Source: Amoebidium appalachense
Lineage: Eukaryota; Protista; Ichthyosporea
Assembly: GCA_963693365.1 (NCBI GenBank)
Contig: CAVNZM010000014.1
Span: 7,068,001-7,132,000 of the forward strand
Reading direction: 5' to 3'
Length of the DNA stretch: 64,000 nt
Shown: in pieces, positions 1 to 29,454 of the stretch
Numbering within the stretch: position 1 is the first letter of the stretch
Layout: each line of letters opens with the position of its first letter
Translations under genes and position numbers: made by a program
Notes under the pieces: generated by a model
Databases searched by the model: none
Seen by the model: only the letters and a program-made list of their open reading frames with translations
Told to the model about the DNA's origin: nothing

Positions 1-45
<45 letters not shown>

Positions 46-686
46 GTGGTTTTTATGAACACGGTTAGTATTGGACAGAATTTACCAATTGCAAAGAGAC
101 ATTACAGTATCACGGGGAAGGACGAATGAGGGGGAGCAGACGTTTCTAACACGCAACAGGGCAAAAACGAAAGGGTAGCATTGCTGGGCGGTGTTAAGTC
201 CAGAGAGGTATGGTGGTGCGGGTGTGGTGTGCTTGGTGGTGCTGTGGTTGGTTCGGATTGGGGTTGGAAAGTGGGCGTCGGGGGGAAGGCAAGGGCGGGA
301 GAGGGCAGCGGGGAGGGCGTGAGAGAGAGGTTGGGGGAGGAGGAGCCGGGGGGAGGGGGCTCGAGGGGGGGGGGGGGGGGGGGGGGGGTTTGGCTGTGAG
401 AGTTGGAGTTGGATTGATTGATATTTGGTCGGTAATGGGCGGAAACGGTTTGGTAGCAAAGACTAAACCAGACGTTTTCATGCCCCGTCGTCCACCTCGT
501 CGTTCTCTGAGAAACTAGCGTTGAAAATTTGACAGTATGAGACAAAAGCCCCAAATCCGACAATTTCAGTCCGCCAGCAGGCTTGATTTCGGCCGATCTG
601 ATCGATCGGATCACCCCCATTTTTAAGCCAAAATTTATCCCCCGAGTCACAAACAGGTGCTAGGGTTAGAGGGTGTGTGCTCTCAC

Positions 687-1038
687 CTTGTGCTCCGTGG
701 TGCCGTTGGCCAGTGTGATGTACAGGTGCAGGGCATATCGATTAGCCTTATCGGGAAGTGGGAATGCATTCTTATTGGCTCGTGTCCAGGCCCCCACCTG
801 GATAGTGCCTTGGATCCCCCCCGGATAATTCACGGCCTGCCACGCACCTATATAGGACCCCCCCCTCCAAAAGATCAGAAATGGATGTGGAAGGGATCGG
901 GGGAAATGGAGGCGTGGGGGGGAGGGGGGGGTTGTTGGGTGCTTTTTTTTTTGCATGTGGAGTGATGAAGAAGAAAAGGCAATGTGGGGCTCATGACGAG
1001 ATGGAAGGTGAGTGGTTGATAGGACGAGGTGGTGGTAG

Positions 1039-1116
<78 letters not shown>

Positions 1117-1146
1117 AGGTGAATGGTTGATAGGACGATGTGGTGG

Positions 1147-1215
<69 letters not shown>

Positions 1216-2237
1216 ACGCGTGTGTGTGTTTTTGTGTGCGTTCCACACGCGCGTGTGCCTGTATGTTGTGTGTGTCTTTCTTCCATTCTTTCATTCTTTT
1301 CGTTTCTTCTTCTTTCTTTCTTTTTTTTTTTTTCTTCGTGGGGAGGGGGGGGGGGGGGGGGGGTTGATTATTTGGTGAGTAGAGGGGTGGGAAAAAGTGT
1401 GCAGCAATAAAACGTACTTGTGGCACGTACTACTACTAGCTCAATAACGGCGCTAGCTTTGCTCTTACGTGTTTTAGCGCAGTACATTTAGCTATTATAG
1501 GGGTCTAACTGGCTAATTCGTAGGTGGGCGGGCGGGCGGGTGGGCAGGGGGGCGGGGGGCCGGGGGGGGGGGGGGGAGGGGGGGGGGAGGGGGGTTCCTT
1601 ATGGGGCTGCATACCTCCCCTGTCCTTGTCTTTCTTTGTGGCCACCACGATGCACCTCATGCCGTCATAGCAGCCTGTGCCCAGTTTGTAGCCCACATTG
1701 CCACGTGCATGCCAGCTGCTCCCTCCCTCCTCGAATGAACCGTCCTGTAGGGTCGGTGGACCTTTTTTTTTTTTTTTTGGTGTGTGTGTGTGGGGGGGGG
1801 GGGGGGGGGGGGGAAGGGGGGGCATGTGTGTGTGTTCGGTCGTTGTGGTGGTTGGAGGGGGAAGGGGGCAGGTGGGCGGAGGTCGTGGTGGTCGTGGTGG
1901 TCGTAATAATAGATAGAGACGAAAAAAAATAAGAGGAAATGAAACGAAGAAAGACAGAATAAACAGAATAAACCGTCCAGCGGCAGAAGGAAAGGGTTTT
2001 TGTGTTGGGAGTGTGGGGGGGGGGGGGGGAAGGGGTGGGTGGGGGGGAGGGGGGGGAAGAGGGAGGGTCTAGTCCGGAGGGAAGAAAATGGGAAGACATA
2101 ACATATTCTAAGGGGGAGCAAAAAGGTGTGGTGCACGTGCAAAGGAATGTTTAAAAGACAGGGAACTGTTTAAGCCTCATGTGGATGGGTGGGTCGGGGT
2201 TGCTAGGTGCTTTTACTTCTCCTTCTTTCGTGTGAGT

Positions 2238-2297
<60 letters not shown>

Positions 2298-2469
2298 CGG
2301 GCGGAGGGCGCGGGGGGGGGGGGGGGGGGGGGGGGGGGGTATTTTTTCCAGAACACAATTTGTAAAAGAGTGATTGGGGGTTTTAGTATCTAGTACCTGA
2401 TGGTAGTGTTGTGGCGGCAGCACCCAAAAATAAACTGCACACGGCCAGAGACCTAACGGGTGGGGCCAT
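687..2469 (-). CDS. Secreted protein with carbohydrate-binding (CBM4/9-like, galactose-binding-like) domain; 5' part only, continues off the left edge
   Basis: Phase-consistent exons 2469-2397 (gccaccATGG Kozak; signal-peptide-like [24 protein letters not shown]), 1761-1615 ([28 protein letters not shown]...) and 847-687 ([23 protein letters not shown]...[17 protein letters not shown]). A TACTAAC branch-point motif on the minus strand at 63-69 precedes a (CA)n run. The domain call rests on the DGSFE..W and A.Q.V motifs only. Confidence 0.6.
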
Positions 2470-2858
2470 GGTGGCCTGCTGGGGGGGAAGGGGTGGGGGT
2501 GGGGGGGGGGGGGGGGGGGGGGTTGAGGGGAGGAGGCACGGGAGGTGTTTTGGGGATGGGGGGAGGGGAGGGAAGGAGCGAGTGTTTCGAGGATGTGTGT
2601 GTGTTTGTGGGGTGTACCGGGGGGAGGGGGGAGGGGGGGAGGGGGGGAGGGGGGGAAGAGGAGGTATTTGGGGGATGTTGGGTGCGTTAAGTGTATTTGG
2701 GGGGTTGGAGGAGAGGAGAATTCGGGGGAGGGGGGGGGGTGGGGGGGGTTGTTAGTGACCATTAGAAGGCAGGGCACAGTTCAGGGAAAAAACAGCAAGA
2801 AACACAATACAATATCACATGCACACGTTGACATGGAGTACGGGGGAGAACAGTGTCA

Positions 2859-2895
<37 letters not shown>

Positions 2896-3584
2896 AGGTA
2901 GATGGGTGTCTTGTGGGAGGCTGAGTACAGCAAGGGTGCCGAAAAGTTGAGGGGTGGGGAAGGGTGGGTGGGGGGGGGGGGGGGGGGGGGGGGGGGGGAG
3001 GATGCGCTGAGGCGGAAAACCGGGTATAGAAAAGAAGAAGGGATAGTGTTGAGGCCGTGTGTGTGTGTGTGTGAGTGTGTGTTTGTGTGCGTGTATTCGT
3101 CTTGGTCTATGTGTGTGTGTCCGTGTGTGTGTGCGCGCGTGTAGGCAGGTGTTTGCATGTGTGTGTGTGTGTGCGCGCGCTGTGTGTGTTTGTATGTGTG
3201 TGTGTGTGCATGTGTTGCTGTGTCAATGTACACCATGTGTGTGCGAATATGTGCATATGCATGGTGTATACTTAAATTTCTGCTGGTTGTGGCAATGATG
3301 TAGTTGTTATCACATACACAGGAGTGACCCTCACGTCTTTGTGTCAACATCGAATGTGAAAAGACTAAATTTATGAGCCCCCTTGTGTCTCCGATGTATG
3401 CCCAACGCAAACTTCCACGAACCGTGCATATCCATCACAAACTCGTGTGCTACTGAAGCAAGCTTCGACAACTAACAGCCACCCACAACAGGAATGTGTG
3501 TCCACATAATTCCCACGCGAAACCCATTCTTACAACTACCCACACCCACACCCACCCACCCACCCACCCACCCACACATTCACA

Positions 3585-3627
<43 letters not shown>

Positions 3628-4339
3628 ACACGCGCGCGCACACACCAACCTCAACGTGCACTTAAAAAACACTTTGTATGCCCCCAACGGACACACAGGT
3701 GCACCTTTACAAAACTCGCAGAATATATTCACAGCTTGAGCACATCACATGCATTCATAAGCATTTACAGAAGCATTGATAGGTTTACACAGCTAGGAGC
3801 GTACCTTAGGATGTATGTAACCCGCTCAATCGAAAGTGAAGGGAAAACTATTGCAGCCGTGTCAGTGCACGGTCATGTACCTGTGTGTGCTATCCCAGTG
3901 CGTGATTGGTCCATACCTAGGCCTATTTCCCTCCTGTAACCCTGGTCGGCCGAAAGATAATCCTATATCGAGCCCCTGCACTACACGGGCGTACTATTGC
4001 TTGGAATTAAACATACGGAACATACCCTCACGGCTGGGGTGAATAGGAACCATCCAAATTCGTATCAACATGCACAGAGGGAGCACAATGCACTAGAAAA
4101 TCCCTCTCTCTTGCTACGGGCGCACAAGAACACTTAAAGCTCGCACTGGCTGTTATACCTCTCCCTCTAATATTTGTAACAACTTATTATTTGAGATTCA
4201 TGATCCTTGGTATCTATCTGTTGCTGAAACTGAAGCTGTCTTGAACCAGTTTCATCAAAAAGCCGTCAGGTGGCGATTTGTCGCAATCTCGTAATCTCGT
4301 AATCGGCAACAACAGCCTATGGAATGTGCAACGCTTTTG

Positions 4340-4420
4340 CATGATTGGCTGGTTTTACGTCTTTACTACCATATATGGTGAAATGCATTAAAGTGGTACC
4401 TTTTAGATCTTATCATTGGA
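4340..4420 (-). promoter_or_regulatory. Putative promoter with CCAAT boxes and a CArG-type motif
   Basis: ATTGG at 4344-4348 and 4415-4419; CCATATATGG at 4369-4378; microsatellite-free DNA upstream of the secreted-protein gene. Confidence 0.35.
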
Positions 4421-5657
4421 TAACTATCACGTGTAATTTCTGCAGTGCGGTTGCACCCTCAGATGAACGCTGGAAGGCTTTTGCCAGCCCCGCTCCATCC
4501 CTTCCGGTTTAAGCCTTCTAGAACTTTGTCAGGGATCCCCCATTCTCCCTTGTCCCTTTTTGTGGTTTTATCTTTTCTTCTCTTCATATGGTGGTGGGCA
4601 GGCGGCAAAGGGGCTAGTTCTACGGTTGCTGGCCTGTCTGTGGTATAGTTGGCTGTCGCAGAGGACCTTAAAGCTTTCTCTCTTCATGCGGAGTCATCAC
4701 GGCCACAATCAGCTCAAGAGAGAATGAAAAAGTGCTCATGATCAGCACACACGCAGAGTGCCCATGTCTATGAGTACTCTCCCTCCTACCCCTCCTCCTC
4801 CCCCTCCCCCCCGGAAGGTTCCCTCCTTGGCAGGAGCCCTACCTACTCCCAGGCACCCCGGGCCCACCATCTACTGCACACAGAAAACACAACCCAAAAC
4901 TCTTGTTTCGCGCTGATATGTCATCCCTTACCAATAAATACAAACACAGTACTATGCACTAGCCTAGACGCTATATCAGAGACCTGTTTGCCATTTTTAG
5001 CCGTAGTGCGCCCTGACGCTGCCCCTCATACGCATATGTCAAAATACCTGTCACCTATAATCTTTAACAATAACAGTTGGCCTTGGATGGGCATCTAGCA
5101 GACATCCATGTTGAAAAAAACCTGTAGCAATTAGCCATATCACTATTGGCCAGCCTGGGGATATATCAGAGGCCCATTTATCACGAGTCACTGACTCTTG
5201 AGTTGAGACACCCACTCGCCACTAAAAGTTAAATTACATGTAGTGATGTTCTTAGGTACAAAGCTTACATACATACACGTTCACCGTTAAGTCATCATCG
5301 TACATCTCACACACCCATTTACCATAAGCGATTTCTAAGGTCTATCTCACACAACCATATACCACTAATTAGTCACTTGGCTTATATACATTTTCACTCT
5401 GATGACCTTAGATCAAACGTTTCAGCTTATAAGACTCCCATGCATGACACTACTGTATTTCATGGCGTCCCCTCACCCCCAGCTTACACAACCAATTTAA
5501 TTCTGAACAGGCCACACATTACACCCGGAGTAACACTTAGCACAGGCTGCTGTCACTATCCTCTGTGTTTGATGATCATATCACTGCAGATCTTTGTGTC
5601 GTGCCTTAACACTAGAGAAAGCGGACCGAAAATCGATGATAATATTCACAGGGGGAT

Positions 5658-17544
<11,887 letters not shown>

Positions 17545-17913
17545 CTAATTCAAGAGAGAGAAAACTCAAAAAACCAATGAATGTATTAGGCAAAATCCAG
17601 TAGCAAACTCAAAAGGAAAAATTTCTCTCGACACAAAAAGCCATCACGAGTCGACAAAGGCATCTCCCGCAGTCTGGCAGATCTTCGAGTTGTGGGCCAG
17701 AATACTTTGCAAATCGGATTGGCTCACACAGCATCCAAAAACCCATATTTGGAAATCCCGCGAACTCTGGTCGAGCCCAGGCTGCCCAAGCTGCCCAACT
17801 CACACGGCTCCGCTCAAGTTTCGTTTCAGTTCAAGCATCACTTTCTGCGTTTTATAATTACGACACGACAACTGTTACATCCACTACGGCCAGATAAACA
17901 CAGGTAGTGCAAT

Positions 17914-21561
<3,648 letters not shown>

Positions 21562-21686
21562 GGGTTATAGTTAGATAGAGATGTTTTTTGGAGTAAGTGG
21601 TGGGCTTTTTCCTCTTCGAGTTTTTTCTTTTGTATATTCTGAGTGGTCAGTAATTTTTCCCTATAAATTGGAGGGTGAAGGCTTTG

Positions 21687-21740
21687 GATAGACCGGAGAT
21701 ATATTGCACTTTTGATAGACCGGAGATATATTGCACTTTG
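21687..21740. repeat. Short tandem duplication downstream of PMVK
   Basis: gatagaccggagatatattgcacttt x2. Confidence 0.8.
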
Positions 21741-22606
21741 GATATATGGGCATATTTCAGTATTTTGGATAGACTAGCCTTATATTTGTAAGTTGAACTT
21801 GACGAGATAAACGGAGTACAACAACGGCCCAAGTGGTCAGATTAAGTTGTGTCCCCTTTGACAGGGTTCCCTGTCGTAAATTAAATGCACTGGGATATAT
21901 CCCAGCCTGAGGATAGCCTAAAATCATAGCTGAAGGGCTGTAATTTGTGCAATGCACACATGGACCAATATAGGTTGCCACATGATTATCCAGCCCCTAT
22001 TTTCTCTCTTTCGTTCATTCTTTCATTCTTTCTTTTTTTTTTTTTTGCTCAATCACGGGCATGGCTGGATGCAAGTGTGAGCCAGTGGGTGTCGACTGCA
22101 AAATAAACTACCGCTCAAATATTGCGGCCCCCCTTTTACATTAATTATTAGCCGTACGCATACCGAAATGACCCTGTCTGGTAGTATTGGGGTTAAAACG
22201 GGTAGTGGTGGTGGCTCCTGTCTGGTGTTGGCGGCGGTATCTATGAAGCTAGAGTGGTTTGCAGATGCTTATGCATATGGTGGGGGGGGGGGGGAGGTGC
22301 AGGAAAGGGGCATTTAAACCCGTGACTGGCCACATAGCATCATTGCTGCGTGCGGCCTGGGCTTAGGACTGCACCCTGGGGCCCGGGGAATTAATCTGTG
22401 ATAGCACCGTGCAAAGCGACCTTCCCTGATTTTGAAACATGATAAACCGCCCTTGTGTGAATGACTTGATTCATATAGCCTAAGGGGAGGTTGCACGGCC
22501 ATCATCATGGCTGATGTCGATTGGTGTAGGCCAAGAAATGTGCGAGAATGTCCTTCCCCCGCCACCCCCTACCCCCATCCCCTGCCACACACACACACAC
22601 ACATAC

Positions 22607-22651
<45 letters not shown>

Positions 22652-23113
22652 TACACGCCACACAAACACACACGCATAGACACACATTGAAAAGCAACCC
22701 ACATCCCACATAGAGAACAGACTCTCATATGTGCAGCCACATAGTCACCACCTGGTCCGGCAACCCCATGCATGTGAACTCGCTTACACGTACACATGCG
22801 CACAAGCATATCCTCGATGTGTGCACAAATTTTAGTACTAGTGCCAAGTTTGCTTGGAGGTCACCAGGTTACACATCGAACTGGACTCTGAAGAGCCAAC
22901 TCACCTAATTTGGACCTATAGACTAGAACCATAGTGGCTTAACGATGCAAGAGCCATGGTGCCATGAGGTGCAGGAAACTTTAAGGGGAGGAAAAGAATG
23001 AAAATGATAATAGGCGGTGCAGCGCCTTTTAAACTCTCGACAGGATTTTTATTCAAAGTTAGACGGCCAGCCACTGGCAGACATGTGCTCTCAACGCCAA
23101 GCTAGCTAACCCC

Positions 23114-23144
<31 letters not shown>

Positions 23145-23160
23145 AAAAAAAAAAAAAATG

Positions 23161-23195
<35 letters not shown>

Positions 23196-23215
23196 TGTAC
23201 ACGCGCACGCGCGCA

Positions 23216-23265
<50 letters not shown>

Positions 23266-24496
23266 ACACACACACACAGCTTCGAGTGTTTTGCTTATCG
23301 GGTTACATGCGACCATCGCGCCAAGAATATGGGCAGAAAATGGCAAATAAACAACGGGCTCAAGTAGCCTACATTCATGTTATGTCGACAAGAAAATTGT
23401 GTGGATTTAGAAGTGCACCATGGGGCTAATTGTGGGGGATGATTTGCATTAGCACCAGGCAGATTCTCAGACCAGCTCAGCAATAGCAAAAAAGACAAAA
23501 ACATTTCCCTCTGTTGCCTCCTATATATCCCAAGACGAAATTACGAAAAAGCAAACGGGAAATTATTTACACGGGCATGAAAGGGGTGTGCGGACCAGTG
23601 GTTGTGGTCGGAGTTTAATTTTGGGGGTGGGGGAGGGAGGGAGGGGGGGGGGGGGGGGGGGAGACTAAAGCAGGTGTCAAAGCACCAGTGGCGCGTGTGT
23701 GTGTGTGCGCGCGCGCATATGTCTGAGTGTTGTATGCACACCTGTGTGTGTGTGTATGTCCTGTTTTTCTTTCCCCCCCCCCCCCCCCCCCTCCCCTTTG
23801 TGTGCGCACCTGTATGTGTGTGAGTGTGCGCGCGCGCACCTGTCCTGCTTTTACTTCCTGTCTTTTTTATTGCTTTATTTATTCATTATTTTATTGCGCT
23901 TTGTTCCCGGAGAAGCCCTCCAGGGGCCCGTCACAGTTACAAGAACTGATACTTCTTCCACTAAGTACCATATATTAGGCTGCTAATGGTGCATTCAGCT
24001 AAGCTATTAGTAACACACCGTCACAAATCCTAACTACTACTAGCACACACTTAGCTGATTTTGCCCCAGCCTTGCTGGCGGGGGGGCACCAGGCCTCCCC
24101 TCCAATCAAAACCTACTTATAAAATATATACACGGGCTCTCATTGGTTCAACTACGATGCGTTACAAATTGTGGTGTGGTAATGCAGCAAAACTGGTTTA
24201 AGGTATGGTGGTGCTTAAGGTGGATGGTGGTGATTTGCTACGGCCAAGTAGGTGTATGTCTGTCTGTACGTGCCAATAATTATTTGCCATTGTGTTCTAT
24301 GCTAACAGAGGGTGTTTGCACGTATGGATGGGTGTGTGTGTGTGCTGAGACGTGTGGTATGCTGGTTGTGTATGTGTGTGTGTGTGTGTGTTGGGGGTGT
24401 TTGTGGATGTGTTGGGTTTTGGGGGGGCTCTAACTTTCTGTGTGCGTGCGGTGGTAGGTGGGTGGTGTGACTGATCAGGATGTGTGTGTGCGGGCG

Positions 24497-24529
<33 letters not shown>

Positions 24530-24595
24530 GCATACTGTAAGGCTGAATGTGTGCATGCATGTTTGTGTGTGTGTGTGTGAGTGAGTGAGTTCGTT

Positions 24596-24629
<34 letters not shown>

Positions 24630-24644
24630 AGGGAGGAAGGAAGG

Positions 24645-25089
24645 GGGGGGTTTGAATGCGTCAAAAAGTACGAAGTACACAAGAACAAACGGATAACACG
24701 ATGCAGAATGCAAGCCATACATAAAGAGGATGCATAATAAGCAGAGCCCATCCTCAGGGGGGCCCCACGTCATCCACAGTACCCGAGTTTCGACCTATTC
24801 ACCTCGTTAAGGGGGGGGCTGGGAGAGGTTTAAAATGCACTATAATAGAGTACGAAGCACACATTCATGACGGACAACATAATGCAGAGTGCAAACCACG
24901 GGGATGAGTTATAGTGGGTTGGAGAGTATATGTCACGACAGACAGTATTAAACGTACTTTTGTATAAATAGGCACACAAAGAGTGTTACTCGTGAGTAGA
25001 GCCCATCCTCAGTGGAGGGCCCAGTCGTGCACACACACGGGTGGGTGGTTGGGTAGTGGGGGGAGGGGAGGGGGGGGGGAGGGAGGGGG

Positions 25090-25147
<58 letters not shown>

Positions 25148-25592
25148 TGGAAGAGTCGCAGCCAGGTGCATAGTAAGCAACAGCATACAGGGTGGTAGTG
25201 GTGATGGTACTTATGGGTACGTGTGAGCATGTTGACGAGGATTTTGGGAGGGGGGTTTTGAATGCGTCAAAAAGTACGAAGTACACAAGAACAAACGGAT
25301 AACACGATGCAGAATGCAAGCCATACATAAAGAGTATGCATAGAGGGGGGAGGGGAGAGGGGGGGGGGGGGGGGGGGGGGTTAACATGCATTCCAGAACA
25401 CGAAGTACACATCTATGGCGGACAGCACAACACACTTTTGCAGCACTGGCATACATAAAGAGTACGTATCATATGCAGGGGGGGGGGGGGGGGGGTTTAA
25501 CATGCATTCCAGAACACGAAGTACACATCTATGGCGGACAGCACAACACACTTTTGCAGCACTGGCATACATAAAGAGTACGTATCATATGC
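24645..25592 (-). mobile_element. Cluster of truncated copies of the poly(C)-associated element
   Basis: Copies at about 24650-24810, 24826-24900, 24950-25025 and 25256-25342, plus a tandemly duplicated variant at 25381-25477 and 25497-25592. Most are bounded by G-runs. Confidence 0.7.
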
Positions 25593-25627
25593 AGGGGGGG
25601 GGGGGGGGGGGGGGGGGGGGGCGACGT

Positions 25628-25676
<49 letters not shown>

Positions 25677-25795
25677 GGGGGGAGATGGGGGGAGGGGGGA
25701 GGGGGAAGAAGCGCCCCATGGTAACCGTATGCTGCACAAAGACAAAACACAACCACGTTCAAGCATGCAGCAAGGGCAGTGCCCAAAACAGCAGT

Positions 25796-25842
<47 letters not shown>

Positions 25843-27484
25843 GGTGGGTGGTGGTGGTGGTTGGGGGGGGGGGGGGGGGGGGGCACAACAGAATACACAA
25901 AGTATTATGCATGTGAATTCATCTAGGGGTGAGTTAATATAGAAGGGGTAGAACGCTCGACGCAACACAGAAGACGAACGATGAACGATGAACGTCGAGG
26001 TGTGGAGGGAGGGAGGGGGGGGGGGGGCACGCACATGCACGGACACACACACACATAAACGAACCCGCACCCACACCCACACCCACACACCAAGAGGGAA
26101 AGACAAAGAGGGAGGGAAATGAATGAAGGGGGGGAGGGGGAGAGGACGAGAGGGAGGAGGGGGAGAGGGAGAGAGAGAGAGAACGCGCGAGCGAGCGGGA
26201 GGGGAAGGGACAGAGACCACAGGGTGGGCTGGGGGAGAGAGGGGGGAGGGGTTAGGGGGAGGAGAGAAATTGGAGAGAGATATTTATGTAGAGACCGGAT
26301 GAAGGATAAAGAGGAGGAGAAAGGGAGAGAGTGAGGAAGAGAGAGAGAGAGGGGGGGATAAGAGAGAGTGAGAGGGAGCAAGAAGAACAAGAGGGAGAGA
26401 GAGAAAGAAAGAAAGGCTAACGTACTTTTGAGACGATAGAATGGAACATGATGAACAGGGAGGGTGCGAGGTGCGTGAGCAGTGGGGGAAGGGGGAGGGA
26501 GGGGGGTTGGGGGGAGAGAGAGAGAGAGAGAGGGAGAGAGGGAGAGAGAGAGAAATCATAATCCGAGTGTTTCAAGTTATGAAATACCCAAGGCCGAAAC
26601 ACCAAACACCAAACACACAGGAGGGGCATATCTTCACAGGGGGCCGGTTAGAGGGAGGTCGGAGTGCACGGTGAGAAGCACACAGACATGCGACAAGAAC
26701 GATGTCTACAGACAAAGGTACTTTTATGGGGAGCAGGAAGGGGGGGGGGAGGGGGGCTTTTTGTGTGTTAGTGTGTGTGCGGTTGTGTTGTTGGTGGGCG
26801 GATGGGCGGCAGGAGGGTGGGGGTTTCAGGGGAGAAGGGGAGGGGGGGGGGGGGGGGATGGCGATGGGGAGGGCCAGAGAGCATGCAAATAATGGGCACG
26901 GTGGAAATGTACAACCAATCTACACTATGGATGCACGGAGATTCGAGGTTGGGGGAGGAAAGCAAAAGGTAGGGATGACCCCATGGGGCACGGAGAGAGG
27001 AAAGATGAAGCATGGGGGCGAGATGATATACAAAAAAGGGACAGCATGTAGGTGTAGCATGAAAGGGAGGGCATGCATGGGAGTGAAATAGAGCATGGAA
27101 CACACACCAACGTAGCATCGGAGTCGGGGGAGGAAAGGAAAGGTCGAGAAAGACCCAAACGGGGAAGAGAAGAGGAAGGTACGGTACAAGGAAGGAGGAA
27201 TGAAGAGGAGCAAACAAAAGGGAGAGTGTGCAAGAGAATCAGTAGCATTGAGAAAAACACGAACCAGAATGTAGCCTACCAAGAGTTAAAAGGAGTTCGA
27301 ACAAGTATATATGCCATGAACAACAAACACGAGCAAACATCCTTACAAGTCCACCCAAAACCCCACACATCGTAACGTAGACAGTGAACACAGACAACCT
27401 AAGCATTCGCAACAAGCAAAGCACACTTCATGCAAGGAAGTAAAGAATGCATTTAGCTCAACCATAGTTTGTGTCCGAAACACT

Positions 27485-27570
27485 ACACAAACCTGCAAAC
27501 AAGAGCATACAGGAAAGTAAAGAAAGTACACAAACCTGCAAACAAGAGCATACAGGAAAGTAAAGAAAGC
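27485..27570. repeat. 43 bp tandem duplication
   Basis: tacacaaacctgcaaacaagagcatacaggaaagtaaagaaag x2. Confidence 0.85.
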
Positions 27571-28002
27571 AAAAGCCATCGAGCTTAGAAGTCCGGAAAG
27601 GGCATGCAAAGATAAACGTGGCAGGAACACCAAGCTCAAAGATATAAAGTCAAGGGTTCGTACCGTTTGAAGATGGTGATGTAGTGGCTGCTTCACGATG
27701 CCAACAGAATTTGCAGATGCACCCCCCCACCGGGGAGGGGTGCAGCCACCTTTCAGACGTTTGGATAAAACAGGCATGAACATGCACAAATATCAGTGTA
27801 TGGGGCCATTCACGTATTTATTATAAGTACCCACCAGGGGTTGCTCTGCAAACAATACATTCCAAGACAGGTACCCACTTTACAACCATGCCTCTTACTA
27901 GGGGGCTGTGTGCCTATTCTGCACCAGTCCCTTGCCGCTCAGCCAGCAAGTGGCACAAGATGCACCCCACGAGCCAATACACGCGCGAGAGAGCAACTAC
28001 AT

Positions 28003-29454
<1,452 letters not shown>

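Noticed and set aside
25381-25592. CRISPR-like repeat array
   Set aside because: It is two tandem copies separated by poly(G), in a eukaryotic context with no unique spacers or cas genes.
22300-27400. Additional gene between PMVK and ANT
   Set aside because: Scattered unique islands could not be joined into a phase-consistent, recognisable protein. A gene here cannot be excluded without RNA-seq.
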